Shown piece after piece: positions 23,051-32,956 of a stretch of 37,689 bases of DNA (its first letter is position 1; the number at the start of each line of letters is the position of its first letter). The position numbers were made by a program, and so were the translations under genes. Source of the stretch: a virus; the IMG/VR virus record IMGVR_UViG_3300027719_000019, positions 1 to 37,689 of that record, one strand, 5' to 3'. The notes under the pieces were generated by a model. That model was not told the DNA's origin and did no database searches. It worked only from the letters and a program-made list of their open reading frames with translations.

Positions 23051-23063
23051 CAGGAGGTCTGTT

Positions 23064-24020
23064 ATGGGTTTGTATCCAAAAAATCTGAATGAATATGTGG
23101 CTTCCATGGGTATCCCGCGGGGGCCGTTATCGAAAGTCTACCTGGTAGACCCGGTCAACGGGTCCGACAGCAACAGCGGCACGAACTGGGGGGCACCCCT
23201 TAAGACGTTGACCGCGGCTGAGGATCTGTGTGTTGCCGACCGGCATGACGTTGTTTTGTTCCTGGCCGGTGACACTGCGGATAACCCCGCGGCTGCCATT
23301 GCCTGGGACAAAGATTACACCCACCTGATTGGCGTTGGCTGTGAGTTACCCGGTGTTGGCCAACGCTGCCGGGTTGTGGGCACCTCCGCGCTGGACCTGA
23401 GCCAGGTGATCACCGTCAGCGCCAACGGCTGTATTTTCAAGAACATCCAGTTCTACAACGGAAACGACGCGGCTGCCGATTCAGGCGCTGCCATTGTCTC
23501 CGGGGGCCGGAACCTCTTTGAAAATTGCTTTTTTGCCGGTATGGCCCATGCCACTCCGGGCGCGCGGGCGGGCTGCTACTCGCTGAATGTCAGCGGGGAG
23601 GAAAACGTATTCAAGCGCTGTTCGATTGGTCTCCAGACCATCATCCGCGCCCAGGCCAATACTGAGCTGCTGATCAGCGGCACTGCATGTTATCGCAATA
23701 AATTCATCCAGTGTGAACTCCTGAGCTGGTCCGTGACTGCCGGAAAACTGCTGGTGAAATTCGCAGCTGCTTCTGTGCCGTGGACTACCCAGTTTGAGGA
23801 CTGCCTGTTCAACAATCTGGACATGAGCGCAGGCGGGGCGGACGGCGCGAGCATCGATAACGCATTTGGCGACAGTTCGAGCGCAAAACACCAGGTGATT
23901 CTGCGCGGCAAAAACCAGTTCGTTGGTTGCACCGGCGTTGCCGATACGCTGACCAACATCTGGAGCGCTGAACCTGTACCGGCAACCGGATTCGGTATCT
24001 CGGTCAACCCGGCTGCTTAA
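23064..24020 (+). CDS. Right-handed parallel beta-helix (pectate-lyase-like) repeat protein
   Basis: The N-terminus VYLVDPVNGSDSNSGTNWGAPLKTLTAAEDL..DVVLFLAGD is followed by repeated hydrophobic/Gly/Asn rungs (..NGCIFKNIQFYNGN.., ..NLFENCFFAG..). Confidence 0.6.
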   Translation: MGLYPKNLNEYVASMGIPRGPLSKVYLVDPVNGSDSNSGTNWGAPLKTLTAAEDLCVADRHDVVLFLAGDTADNPAAAIAWDKDYTHLIGVGCELPGVGQRCRVVGTSALDLSQVITVSANGCIFKNIQFYNGNDAAADSGAAIVSGGRNLFENCFFAGMAHATPGARAGCYSLNVSGEENVFKRCSIGLQTIIRAQANTELLISGTACYRNKFIQCELLSWSVTAGKLLVKFAAASVPWTTQFEDCLFNNLDMSAGGADGASIDNAFGDSSSAKHQVILRGKNQFVGCTGVADTLTNIWSAEPVPATGFGISVNPAA

Positions 24021-24032
24021 CCATCAAAATTG

Positions 24033-24053
24033 GGCGGGGTGAAAATCCCCGCC
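24033..24053 (+). other. GC-rich stem-loop between the beta-helix gene and the next gene
   Basis: GGCGGGG tgaaaat CCCCGCC with no T-tract. The SD of the next gene follows immediately. Confidence 0.4.
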
Positions 24054-24063
24054 AGGAGTACCT

Positions 24064-24450
24064 ATGACTGCAACTATTTTAGAGAGCAAAGGCAGACTGG
24101 CGATCCAAATCACCGGTGAAAACGATACCGATGCTGCGGGTCTGGCCAACGTTGCCAATCCTGAGGGCGTTGCCCTGGTGATTACCAAGGCGGTCGTGCT
24201 GGTCAACACCCCATCAACCGGCGCTGCAACCCTGGGCATTGGATGCGGGGCGAGCGGTGCCAGTGTCACCACCCTGTTCAGCGCATTGACCGTCAACGGG
24301 GCGATCACCGGCAAAGCCTATAACGGCCTGAATCCAGCGGCCAACGCTGAGCTGGATGTGTGGGGCGCGAGCGAATATCTGACTGTAACCGGGTCCGCAG
24401 ATACGTCCGGTCTGGACGCTACCCTGTACCTGGATTACGTCCACGCATAA
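24064..24450 (+). CDS. Hypothetical head-associated protein (128 aa)
   Basis: AGGAG SD. The call rests on position in the head module. Confidence 0.5.
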   Translation: MTATILESKGRLAIQITGENDTDAAGLANVANPEGVALVITKAVVLVNTPSTGAATLGIGCGASGASVTTLFSALTVNGAITGKAYNGLNPAANAELDVWGASEYLTVTGSADTSGLDATLYLDYVHA

Positions 24451-24465
24451 GTGGGAGGGGATGAG

Positions 24466-24834
24466 ATGACAGCGACAGCAGCACAAATCAGCCAGTTGCG
24501 CCGGATGGTCGCAGAAATTGGCAGTGGAACGTACAGTGACACCGAACTGGGTGAAGCGATTGAGCGTTACCCGGTGATGGATGAGCACAATGAATTACCG
24601 GTAGTGGGTGGAGAAATCAACACTGTCTGGGAAGCAACCTACGATTTGAACGCTGCTGCCGCTGACATCTGGACCGAAAAGGCCGGCAATCTGGCCAACC
24701 AACACGACTACAGCGCGGACGGCGGGAACTTCTCGGTCAGTCAAGCGTATCAGCAGGCCATGCAGATGGCCCGGCATTACCGTTCCCGGCGCAAACCGGC
24801 CACCATCAGCCTGATCACGGATGTGCAATCATGA
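24466..24834 (+). CDS. Head-tail connector (gp6-like)
   Basis: ATG 24466 lies 5 nt after GGGAGGGG. The size and position fit. Confidence 0.55.
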   Translation: MTATAAQISQLRRMVAEIGSGTYSDTELGEAIERYPVMDEHNELPVVGGEINTVWEATYDLNAAAADIWTEKAGNLANQHDYSADGGNFSVSQAYQQAMQMARHYRSRRKPATISLITDVQS

Positions 24835-25223
24835 CGTTTGATGAGCGTACCCTGACATGGATGCGAGCAGCGCAAACAACCCACATGCAGGACGAGTGTT
24901 ACCTGGTGCGGTTTGTGGAGACAGGCGCAATCGATGCCTGGGGACAGCCGATCATGACCAACACAGAGACCTACAGTCAGTGCGGGTTGAAACTACGACG
25001 GAGCTGGAGCGGGATGGGTGATGCGCAAGTTGAAATGATCGACGGAGAATTGCGGCTCCCCTCCAATACTGAGTTATCACAGATTGACCATGTACGGGTT
25101 ATCCGGCGATATGGCGAGGATCCAGCGCAAGAGCTGACGTTCGAACTGGCCGGTGAACCCAAAGCGGGGCCGACCGGTATCCTGGTGGATGTACGCTACC
25201 GAGGCAGGACAGGAGCGGTGTGA
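24831..25223 (+). CDS. Head closure / head-tail adaptor protein
   Basis: ATGA overlap and conserved gene order. Confidence 0.5.
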   Translation: MTFDERTLTWMRAAQTTHMQDECYLVRFVETGAIDAWGQPIMTNTETYSQCGLKLRRSWSGMGDAQVEMIDGELRLPSNTELSQIDHVRVIRRYGEDPAQELTFELAGEPKAGPTGILVDVRYRGRTGAV

Positions 25224-25669
25224 TGGCCGATGTAGATGTAGTTGTTACCTTGCGATTGTCTGAGGTGCTGTTAGAAGTGCAAAACGCCACCAACGAGCTG
25301 CTGACCAAAGCAGCGCTGCGGGTGGAGGAATACGCAAAACTCAACATCCGGACGAACGATCAGATTGATACCGGCTTCATGGTCAACAGCATCTACACGG
25401 TGACCAGCGACCAATCCGGATATGGATCTGCCAAGGCGAACGCTGAGGCACAGAAAACCAATCGAGACGGCGAGGTTATTGATCACGAGGGTGACATGAG
25501 CGATGAGGTTGCCCTGGCTCCCGGCGCGGTTGCCGGTGTGGTGGTAGGCGCGAAATACGCCATCTACCAGGAAGATGAAAAGCCGTTTCTGTATCCTGCC
25601 GGTGAGAAAACCGCGGCAGATATGCAGCAGTTGGGTAACCAATCGAGTGTGACCGGAGTGTACAAATGA
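25223..25669 (+). CDS. HK97 gp10-like tail-joining protein
   Basis: ATG 25223 lies 7 nt after AGGAG. The segment ..AKLNIRTNDQIDTGFMVNSIY.. resembles the gp10 family. Confidence 0.55.
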   Translation: MADVDVVVTLRLSEVLLEVQNATNELLTKAALRVEEYAKLNIRTNDQIDTGFMVNSIYTVTSDQSGYGSAKANAEAQKTNRDGEVIDHEGDMSDEVALAPGAVAGVVVGAKYAIYQEDEKPFLYPAGEKTAADMQQLGNQSSVTGVYK

Positions 25670-26061
25670 TTGATGTTGTTGCCCTGGTGCGAGATGTGAC
25701 CATCCGCGAGACCCTGATCCGGCAAACGTTTGCGGAGCGGGTGTACGGCGGACATCTGCCACCCCAAAAAACGGCAGCGGATATGCCGATGCTGGAAATC
25801 CGACAACGGGGTGGGCGGTTGGACTACTCCAGCCGGGTGTATCAGGTCAGTATGCAGTTCAAGGCCTACGGGGCCACTGAACAAGCGGCAATGACTGCCG
25901 GGCGGAGTGTGGTGGATGCGCTGAATGACAAGCAGCATGTACACAACACCGTATTGTGGTCACGGCTGGAGGAAGGCACGATGCCCACCACGCTGCAGGA
26001 ACCAGATACCGGCTGGTGGTTCTGTCTGGTGTTTATCCGATTTTTTATCAAGGAGTTGTAA
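25666..26061 (+). CDS. Tail completion / terminator-like protein (DUF3168-like)
   Basis: ATGA overlap. The segment ..RVYGGHLPP...PMLEIRQRGG.. resembles DUF3168. Confidence 0.5.
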   Translation: MIDVVALVRDVTIRETLIRQTFAERVYGGHLPPQKTAADMPMLEIRQRGGRLDYSSRVYQVSMQFKAYGATEQAAMTAGRSVVDALNDKQHVHNTVLWSRLEEGTMPTTLQEPDTGWWFCLVFIRFFIKEL

Positions 26062-26063
26062 CT

Positions 26064-26438
26064 ATGGCATACGCGAGTGCAGTTGCCTTAACAGTGAGTG
26101 AAATTAGCCGGGCGGGAAAAGCGTCTGAAAAGCCGCTGGTTACCCCGACCGCGACCCACGGAAATAAACTTTTGAACGACGGGAAAACCTTCCTGTATGT
26201 GATCAACGGCAGTGCCGCAGATATCACTGTAACCGTGGAAGCGCCAGGGAGCGTGGACGGGCAAGCGATTGCCGACCTGGTTGTGACCGTCAAAGCGACC
26301 GGGGATGCCAACGGCCTGGACAAGCAATTTATTGGACCGTTCACCAACACGTTCAATCAGAGCGATGGGTATGTGTGGGCGGTATTTTCGGCAGTGACCA
26401 CCGTCACTACTGGGGCGTTCCGACTGGCGAACGCATAG
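26064..26438 (+). CDS. Hypothetical tail-module protein (125 aa)
   Basis: ATG 26064 follows AGGAG. The upstream part of the ORF-track call overlaps the previous gene. Confidence 0.5.
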   Translation: MAYASAVALTVSEISRAGKASEKPLVTPTATHGNKLLNDGKTFLYVINGSAADITVTVEAPGSVDGQAIADLVVTVKATGDANGLDKQFIGPFTNTFNQSDGYVWAVFSAVTTVTTGAFRLANA

Positions 26439-26447
26439 GAGGATGGT

Positions 26448-27047
26448 ATGGCAAATGTTGTGAGTGACATTATTTTGACCCCGGCGAAGATTTACAAATC
26501 CGCGCTGGGAACCACCGCACCGGCTGACAGTGTCGCTGCAGATGGCGCATGGCCCGCGGGCTGGACGCTGTTGGGCTGGCAGGAAACCCCGTTGAGCGCA
26601 AGTTATACCTGGGAAGAACTGGAATCCGATATTCAAGAAAGCCTGGCCCCGGTCAAGCGCTTCAAAACTAAAGAGGAACTGGTCCTCGAAACCACCCTCA
26701 AGGAACTGGATATGACCCAGTTGGGATTGGCCTGGAATGGGACTGTGACCCCAACCGCGGCATCAAGCGGAGTGTACGGCAAGGATGAGCTGACCATGGG
26801 CGGCAGCGCTGCCATGACTGAATATCAGTTCGGAATTGAGGGCAAGTATGTGGATGAGGACGGGGCCACGTTCCCGATCCGGATGCTAATCTGGAAAGCG
26901 ACTGCCAGCGCAGGCGGGAAACTGGAATTTGGCAAGAGTGCCACCACCGGCATCCCGTTGAAAATCAAGGCGCTGGCGGATATGTCCAAAACGGACGGCC
27001 AGCGGCTGTTCAAGATGATCAAAATCCTCGAACCTGCGGGAGCATAA
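26448..27047 (+). CDS. Major tail (tube) protein
   Basis: TAGGAGG SD. It is 199 aa and lies immediately upstream of the G/T chaperone pair. Confidence 0.7.
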   Translation: MANVVSDIILTPAKIYKSALGTTAPADSVAADGAWPAGWTLLGWQETPLSASYTWEELESDIQESLAPVKRFKTKEELVLETTLKELDMTQLGLAWNGTVTPTAASSGVYGKDELTMGGSAAMTEYQFGIEGKYVDEDGATFPIRMLIWKATASAGGKLEFGKSATTGIPLKIKALADMSKTDGQRLFKMIKILEPAGA

Positions 27048-27050
27048 CGC

Positions 27051-27437
27051 ATGAGTGAAACAACCGTCGAACTGGGTGGGAAAGAGTACAAACTGCGACC
27101 GCTGCCGATTCGCCAGGCGCGGAAATTCCGCGAACAGTTGAAGTCGGTGCTGGGCAATCTGGCCACGGCGCTGGAGAGTGCCCCCGAAATCAAATTGAAT
27201 GACGCTGAAACGCTGAATCAGTTGATGGGGCTGATCAAAGAGGTTGTGCTCAGTGCCCCGGATTTGGTCTGGGAAATTGTATGTGAGTACAGCCCGGAAA
27301 TCGCGGCCAACAGCGAGGAGCTGGAGAACAGCGCGGTGGATGAAGAAATCATTGCCGCATTCGTTGAGGTGGTTAAACAGCTCTACCCTTTTGGCGGGAT
27401 TTATCACCTGATTGGCCAACTGAAGCCGCAGACCTAG
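27051..27437 (+). CDS. Tail assembly chaperone (gpG analogue)
   Basis: It sits between the tube and tape-measure genes. A slippery heptamer lies near its 3' end. Confidence 0.75.
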   Translation: MSETTVELGGKEYKLRPLPIRQARKFREQLKSVLGNLATALESAPEIKLNDAETLNQLMGLIKEVVLSAPDLVWEIVCEYSPEIAANSEELENSAVDEEIIAAFVEVVKQLYPFGGIYHLIGQLKPQT

Positions 27438-27697
27438 ACGAACTGGCACTATCCCAATGGGGGCGGTGGGCTGATGAACTGGATCCAATCGAGGTCACAC
27501 AGCTCACCGCTGCTTATATTCGCAGGACGCGATTTGAGGCATCCATACTGAGTATAGAGGTGGTCAAGGCATTGAGTCTGGCGTTGGATGGTTCGGGGGG
27601 CGGGGTGAGTGAAACTTCGCGCCCTTCGATGAACTCAGGGAGCGAAAGACGGGTCAGCGCGGCAGAATTTTTGAGAGAAACGCGGAGGCGATCATGA
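27051..27697 (+). CDS. Tail assembly chaperone G-T fusion made by a -1 programmed frameshift at C CCT TTT (27386..27392)
   Basis: The -1 frame is open from 27377 to TGA 27695-27697 and has no start of its own. It encodes WRDLSPDWPTEAADLDELALSQWGRWADELDPIE... and its stop overlaps the tape-measure ATG. Confidence 0.7.
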
Positions 27698-29280
27698 TCA
27701 CACTGGGTGATGCGGTCCTCTGGATTAGTGGAAATAACGACAAACTAAAACAGCAGCTGGCCGAAACCGGGACGATGGCCAAACAAACCACGTCCGGAAT
27801 CGGCGCGGCGATGAAACAGCAGATGACGTTTGCGGTTGGGCAGATTATGTCCACCGGGATTATGGATGTGCTGAATAAAATTCAGCAATTCAACCAGCAG
27901 GCGCTGGCCGAGGCAATGGACGCTGAAAAAGTGGCGGCGCAGCTGGATGCGGTCCTGAAATCGACCGGCCAGGCAGCGGGGGTGACGGCTGAGGATGTGA
28001 ACCGGCTGGCGAACGAATTCTCGCTGATGACCCGCTACGGGGATGAGGCGATTGTCACGGTGGAAACACTGCTGATTCAGACCGGCAAAATCGGCAAGGA
28101 TGTCCTGCCGCAGGCCACCATGGCCGTGCTGGACCTGTCCACACGGTTGGGGATGGATGCTACCAGCGCGGCAAAGTTGATGAGCAAGGCTCTGGCCGGA
28201 GATGCCGAAGCCGTCAGTGCGCTCACCCGCGCGGGGGTGAAGTTTACCGCCCAGCAGGAAGAAACTTACAAATCCATTTTGCAGACCAACGGGGTTGCCG
28301 AAGCACAAAAATACCTGCTGGAACAGTTATCTGTGGCGGTTGGTGGGGCAGCCGAAGCGGAAGGGAAAACACTGGCGGGAGCACTGGAGCGGCTGAAAAA
28401 CGCAGGCGGAAATATTCTGGAAGCGATGGCCACCCCATTTATTGACAATCTCAAGGTGTTGGTGGAATTTATTGTCACCCAGGTGGTGCCTGCAGTGCAA
28501 AAACTGGCTGAGGGAATCGGAAACCTGCCTGAGCCAGTTCAGTGGGTGCTGCTGGCGCTGGCCGGATTGGTCAGTCTGCTGGCACAGTTGGGACCGAGCC
28601 TGCTGGGCATTGTGGGGGTTGTCAGCATGTTTGGGACGGGTGGAGCGCTGGCAGGGGTTGGAACAGCGATTACCGGGGCATTGCCGGCACTGGGGGGATT
28701 AGGAGCGGCACTGGCCGCAATCAGCGTGCCGGTTCTGGCATTGGTCGGGGCCATTGGATTGTTGATTGTTGCCCTGTTGACACTCGGTCCGCAGGCGTGG
28801 AATTCGGTCAAGATGCTGGTTGAGATCCAGAAGGTGTGGGCACAGCAGATGGCGCAAAAAGCGCGGACATGGTTCAAAACTGTGGGCGTGTCGATTGTGC
28901 AGGGTATCGGGGATGGCATCCGAAGCGGCTGGGAATGGCTGAAAAAATCGGTCACTGACCTGGTAGGGAACATGGTCAAGACGGCGAAAAATGCGCTGGG
29001 GATAGCCAGCCCGTCGAAAGTGTTTGCGGATGAAATCGGGAAAAATGCCGCTCTCGGTATTGGCGTGGGATTTAAGTCTCAAATTGGATCCGTGAGCGGC
29101 ATCATGCGGCAGAGCCTATCGACCCTCGGCCCCTCGACCCTTCGACAAGCTCAGGGGGCGATGGGGAGCGTACAAATTGGCCGGGTGGAATATCACGGGG
29201 CGTTCTCGCGGGATGAACTGGCACGATTGCGGGGTGAGAGTGAGAGTATTGCTGCCCGGACGATCATGGAGGCATTATGA
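27694..29280 (+). CDS. Tail tape measure protein
   Basis: 528 aa, helical, with a Gly/Ala-rich hydrophobic block. It follows the G/T pair. Confidence 0.85.
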   Translation: MITLGDAVLWISGNNDKLKQQLAETGTMAKQTTSGIGAAMKQQMTFAVGQIMSTGIMDVLNKIQQFNQQALAEAMDAEKVAAQLDAVLKSTGQAAGVTAEDVNRLANEFSLMTRYGDEAIVTVETLLIQTGKIGKDVLPQATMAVLDLSTRLGMDATSAAKLMSKALAGDAEAVSALTRAGVKFTAQQEETYKSILQTNGVAEAQKYLLEQLSVAVGGAAEAEGKTLAGALERLKNAGGNILEAMATPFIDNLKVLVEFIVTQVVPAVQKLAEGIGNLPEPVQWVLLALAGLVSLLAQLGPSLLGIVGVVSMFGTGGALAGVGTAITGALPALGGLGAALAAISVPVLALVGAIGLLIVALLTLGPQAWNSVKMLVEIQKVWAQQMAQKARTWFKTVGVSIVQGIGDGIRSGWEWLKKSVTDLVGNMVKTAKNALGIASPSKVFADEIGKNAALGIGVGFKSQIGSVSGIMRQSLSTLGPSTLRQAQGAMGSVQIGRVEYHGAFSRDELARLRGESESIAARTIMEAL

Positions 29281-29639
29281 GGTATCAAATCGGCACGAGC
29301 GCAGATCTGTTAAACAGCCTGGAACTGCTGGGATTACCGCTGCCAAACGCCAGCCCAGTGCGGTATGCCAAACGGGCGCGGATGGGGAACGGCGGTACCC
29401 GCGGGCTGGGGTGGTTGAGCTGTGAATGGCGCTGGGCAGCCATTACCCTGGATGAGGTTGCCGAACTGCGTACCTTCTGCAGCGGAGAGAGCGCGGCAGT
29501 CTATGTCCAGACCGGTGATGGCGAAGGGGACTACCCGGTCTACTCCGGGCGGGTGGTGTGGCCAGAAAAATGGGAGCGGCGCGGGGATGTGCTTCTCGAC
29601 TTTACCCTGACCTTTGAACAGATGGTGGAGGTCGTGTGA
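29277..29639 (+). CDS. Minor tail protein (120 aa)
   Basis: ATGA overlap. The call rests on position after the tape measure. Confidence 0.5.
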   Translation: MRYQIGTSADLLNSLELLGLPLPNASPVRYAKRARMGNGGTRGLGWLSCEWRWAAITLDEVAELRTFCSGESAAVYVQTGDGEGDYPVYSGRVVWPEKWERRGDVLLDFTLTFEQMVEVV

Positions 29640-32600
29640 GAGCCATACTGAGTGAGGAACTGGCGAAATTGCGGGCGGATGGGCAATTCAGCAAGCTCTA
29701 TCTGGCCATTCACGAACCGGTGACGGTATTCAGCGCACGAGTCAACCAGACGTTCAGCAGCGTGGATAATGTGACTCAGGTGACGTATGACGGGGGTGTG
29801 GGCACGATTGCGGATGTTCTGGCTGGCATGACGCTGTGGGTGGGTTCTGCGTCCGGAGGGCGAGATTTGGGCGAGTGCCGGATCCGCAAAGCCGGGGATG
29901 CCACTACTCTGTATATTGGGGCGACCAGTGATATTGCCTGGGCGGATAACCTGTACCTGACTGTGGTGGATGAGTTCGGGTTGTGGGCCAAACGGGCGGT
30001 ATTGACCGGCGATTTTGATTATTTGATGGATGAGGATATTGCCTACAGCAACCAGCATGAGGTGCGTGACCCAGTAGTTGTGATGGGCGCACCGGCTGCG
30101 GGGTTCACGTCTCCCAGCGCAGACACGGAGGTTAACCCATACCGGCCAGATTGGACTGGAGCGGTTTACAGTGGAAACTGGTACGGATACTACTGGGCCG
30201 GATTTACCTACGATGATACCGGCTGGCGGAGCGATTACGTTGGCGAGAGTGTGAGCATCCGCTTCTACGGCACCCAGTTTGCGGTGGTGTACTGGGCCTA
30301 TACCGGAGGGACGCGGGGTAAGTTCAGCGTGTACATCGACGGTGCCTTTATCGAGGAAGTAGATTGCAGCACCTCAGCCGGATTGGAGACGTGGACGAGC
30401 GCAGCGATGACTGCCGGTTGGCACACGGTGCAGCTGGTCCACAGTGCGCTGCCGTCGATTTTTATTGACCGCTACATCCTGACCGAATCTATCTGGACGC
30501 TGGATATCGCCTGGGACGCCAGTGAGAGTCACGCACCGGGCAGCAGCGTCAGCAGTTATGCCTGGTCCGCACCTGGCGCACTGACCACCAGCGGGAGCGG
30601 GGCAACCTTTACCAGCCGATACCGAACGGCAGGCACCTACCGGGTGCAGTGTACGGTAACAGCGGCCAACGGGGCCAGTTCCACCGGCACACGGTTTGTG
30701 TTTGTATATGATTCAACCCATCCGCCTGTGACGGATTTTGAGGTGAATACGATTGCGGGCAACCGGGATGACGGCGGCTGGTATGCGGATCTCCGCCTGC
30801 ACCAGTCGGCAACAGTGCGTGAGGGGGCGTTATGCGTGTTGTTTGCGGAGGACTGGTACGGCACATCTGCCGGCAGTCTGGGACCGGTGAGCGGGCGTGA
30901 AAACGTGCTGATGTGGGGATGGATGCACACTGGAGGCGTGGAGCTGAGCGCGGACGGTGGCCGGGCGAAAATGCGAATCGAGGGACCGGCAGCGCGGATG
31001 GAACGTCTCGGTCAGCAGCCGGTGTGGATCCGCGATTTCTATTCGGTCGAGGGGGATGACGGCGGCGGGGTACGGTGGACGCGGTTCACCAACCTAAAAA
31101 TTGATGACTACATCTGGCACCTGCTGCACTGGCGGTCCACAGCAGACGCGATTTTTGACGTGATTTTGAGCGGCGATACGCGGGTGGTGGAATCGTTGTC
31201 CGAGAACGGTACACTGGCTGAGAAGGTCAAAAACGTGTGTCAAAAAATCCTTGCTGAGCCGATTTGCGACCGGTACGGACGGCTGTATATCTCCCTGCAG
31301 GCGCAATACCTGGAGAGCGCTGATCGCGCCAGTCTGCCGGTGGTGATGGATATAACCACTGCCGATTGGAGCCGTCTGGATATCAACGAGGCGAATGACC
31401 CGATCAGCGCGATTGAAGCCGAGGCTACTCAGTATGACGGGGGGATTCACCAGGTGATGGCCAGCCGGGCGGCAGGCGAAACGCTGAAACGGTGCGGGCC
31501 GGTGGAGACGGAATCTAACCTGGTTGTCAGTGACCAGACCCAGTTGAATCAGTTGAGCGGTCACCTGTTAGCCCGAAAAAATGGGGTCCACGGTCCCGTC
31601 AGTGCGCAGCTGGAGGAAAACAACCGGTTTGTTGATATTGCCCCGGCAGGGTACGTGCGAATCAGCCTGGCAGCCGGTGACACCCCCGCGGGGAGCGTGT
31701 GGAGCAATCAGAAATGTCTGGTTCAGCGGGTGGAGTTCGTATTTGACCCGGATTGCGGGAACCTGTCTACGGCCCTGGAACTGGAGGCAGAAACCATTGG
31801 TGTGCCCGGTGTGACCATCGACCCACCGCAGGAAGATTTGCCGCTGGAGACCGGAATTGATTTGCCGGAGTTGGATGATTTCCCGATGTGGCCAGGGTAT
31901 CCGGGAGATGGGGGCACGGAGCCATATATTCCGGAGGACTATCCGGAGCTGGGAGTCTGTAAAACCGATCCGACCGCTGCCGGAAATGGGCCGTACCGGG
32001 TGTGGATTGTGGGGGAAGCGACTTCGACCGACCGATACAGCCGGGTTGGTCCGTTTGCGTGCTGGGTGCGGGCGGATGAGGCAGATAACCCGACACGCTA
32101 CAGCATCCACGGGCGGTTTTTAACCCGGGATACCAGTGGAACCAGCATTGGCGGCTGGACTGAAACCATGGATGATGACTGGTATGAGGTCTACGGACTG
32201 GACGCCAGCAACAACCGGGTTGCACATGCGGTTAAGGATGCAGTAACAATTGCCGGATTGCGGACGGGGGTACTGGTCAGTGACGGCGGGGCCGGGGTGG
32301 ATATCGTCCGGCTGGAGATTGCCGTCACGGCTGAGGATTTTGATTGTACGGCTGTGGCGGACGCCGGGCAGTATATCGGCAAGTGGCGCGACCATACCAC
32401 GCCCGGAACGTTTGGATATGCACTGGCCGGGAACTATGCCTATGGAACCATTGCTAACGCGACCTATGGGACGAATGGAGCAGATGAGGATTGGCTGGAT
32501 GCGAGTTTTGCAATTGATTTTACTTTTAGCGAACGGGCAGCGCTGTTTCGATGGTATGACGTAAAAATGTTGTTACATACCAATTCGGACGATTGGCCCG

Positions 32601-32956
32601 ATCAAAGCTCTCCGGACAGCGCCTATCACTACTGGCGGTTCAAACTGACCGGCGCGGCTGTGGATTACTGGGGCGATGGAGCTATCCCGCTGGGCAATGG
32701 GAATCATCTCAACCCGGATGGATCCAAAAAATCAGACGAGCTGAGCCTGATCTGGCCAATGCAACGTGGATTCCAGCAGAACATGAAATTTTATTCGTAC
32801 AACGAGGCTGACCGGACGATCAAACTGGAAGCGCTGACCACCGGCGCGGTACGGTATCTGCCCCCGTGGATGACTCTGCAGGTGTGGGTGCGTCCGATTG
32901 CCAGCAAGAAAATTGTGTTTAACTCGGTGCAGTTATGGAATGTGTGCGCATCATGA
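29636..32956 (+). CDS. Large tail tip / host-specificity protein (1106 aa) with a PKD-like Ig domain
   Basis: GTG lies 5 nt after GGAGG. The PKD-like segment is SYAWSAPGALTTSGSGATFTSRYRTAGTYRVQCTVTAANG. Confidence 0.7.
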   Translation: MRAILSEELAKLRADGQFSKLYLAIHEPVTVFSARVNQTFSSVDNVTQVTYDGGVGTIADVLAGMTLWVGSASGGRDLGECRIRKAGDATTLYIGATSDIAWADNLYLTVVDEFGLWAKRAVLTGDFDYLMDEDIAYSNQHEVRDPVVVMGAPAAGFTSPSADTEVNPYRPDWTGAVYSGNWYGYYWAGFTYDDTGWRSDYVGESVSIRFYGTQFAVVYWAYTGGTRGKFSVYIDGAFIEEVDCSTSAGLETWTSAAMTAGWHTVQLVHSALPSIFIDRYILTESIWTLDIAWDASESHAPGSSVSSYAWSAPGALTTSGSGATFTSRYRTAGTYRVQCTVTAANGASSTGTRFVFVYDSTHPPVTDFEVNTIAGNRDDGGWYADLRLHQSATVREGALCVLFAEDWYGTSAGSLGPVSGRENVLMWGWMHTGGVELSADGGRAKMRIEGPAARMERLGQQPVWIRDFYSVEGDDGGGVRWTRFTNLKIDDYIWHLLHWRSTADAIFDVILSGDTRVVESLSENGTLAEKVKNVCQKILAEPICDRYGRLYISLQAQYLESADRASLPVVMDITTADWSRLDINEANDPISAIEAEATQYDGGIHQVMASRAAGETLKRCGPVETESNLVVSDQTQLNQLSGHLLARKNGVHGPVSAQLEENNRFVDIAPAGYVRISLAAGDTPAGSVWSNQKCLVQRVEFVFDPDCGNLSTALELEAETIGVPGVTIDPPQEDLPLETGIDLPELDDFPMWPGYPGDGGTEPYIPEDYPELGVCKTDPTAAGNGPYRVWIVGEATSTDRYSRVGPFACWVRADEADNPTRYSIHGRFLTRDTSGTSIGGWTETMDDDWYEVYGLDASNNRVAHAVKDAVTIAGLRTGVLVSDGGAGVDIVRLEIAVTAEDFDCTAVADAGQYIGKWRDHTTPGTFGYALAGNYAYGTIANATYGTNGADEDWLDASFAIDFTFSERAALFRWYDVKMLLHTNSDDWPDQSSPDSAYHYWRFKLTGAAVDYWGDGAIPLGNGNHLNPDGSKKSDELSLIWPMQRGFQQNMKFYSYNEADRTIKLEALTTGAVRYLPPWMTLQVWVRPIASKKIVFNSVQLWNVCAS

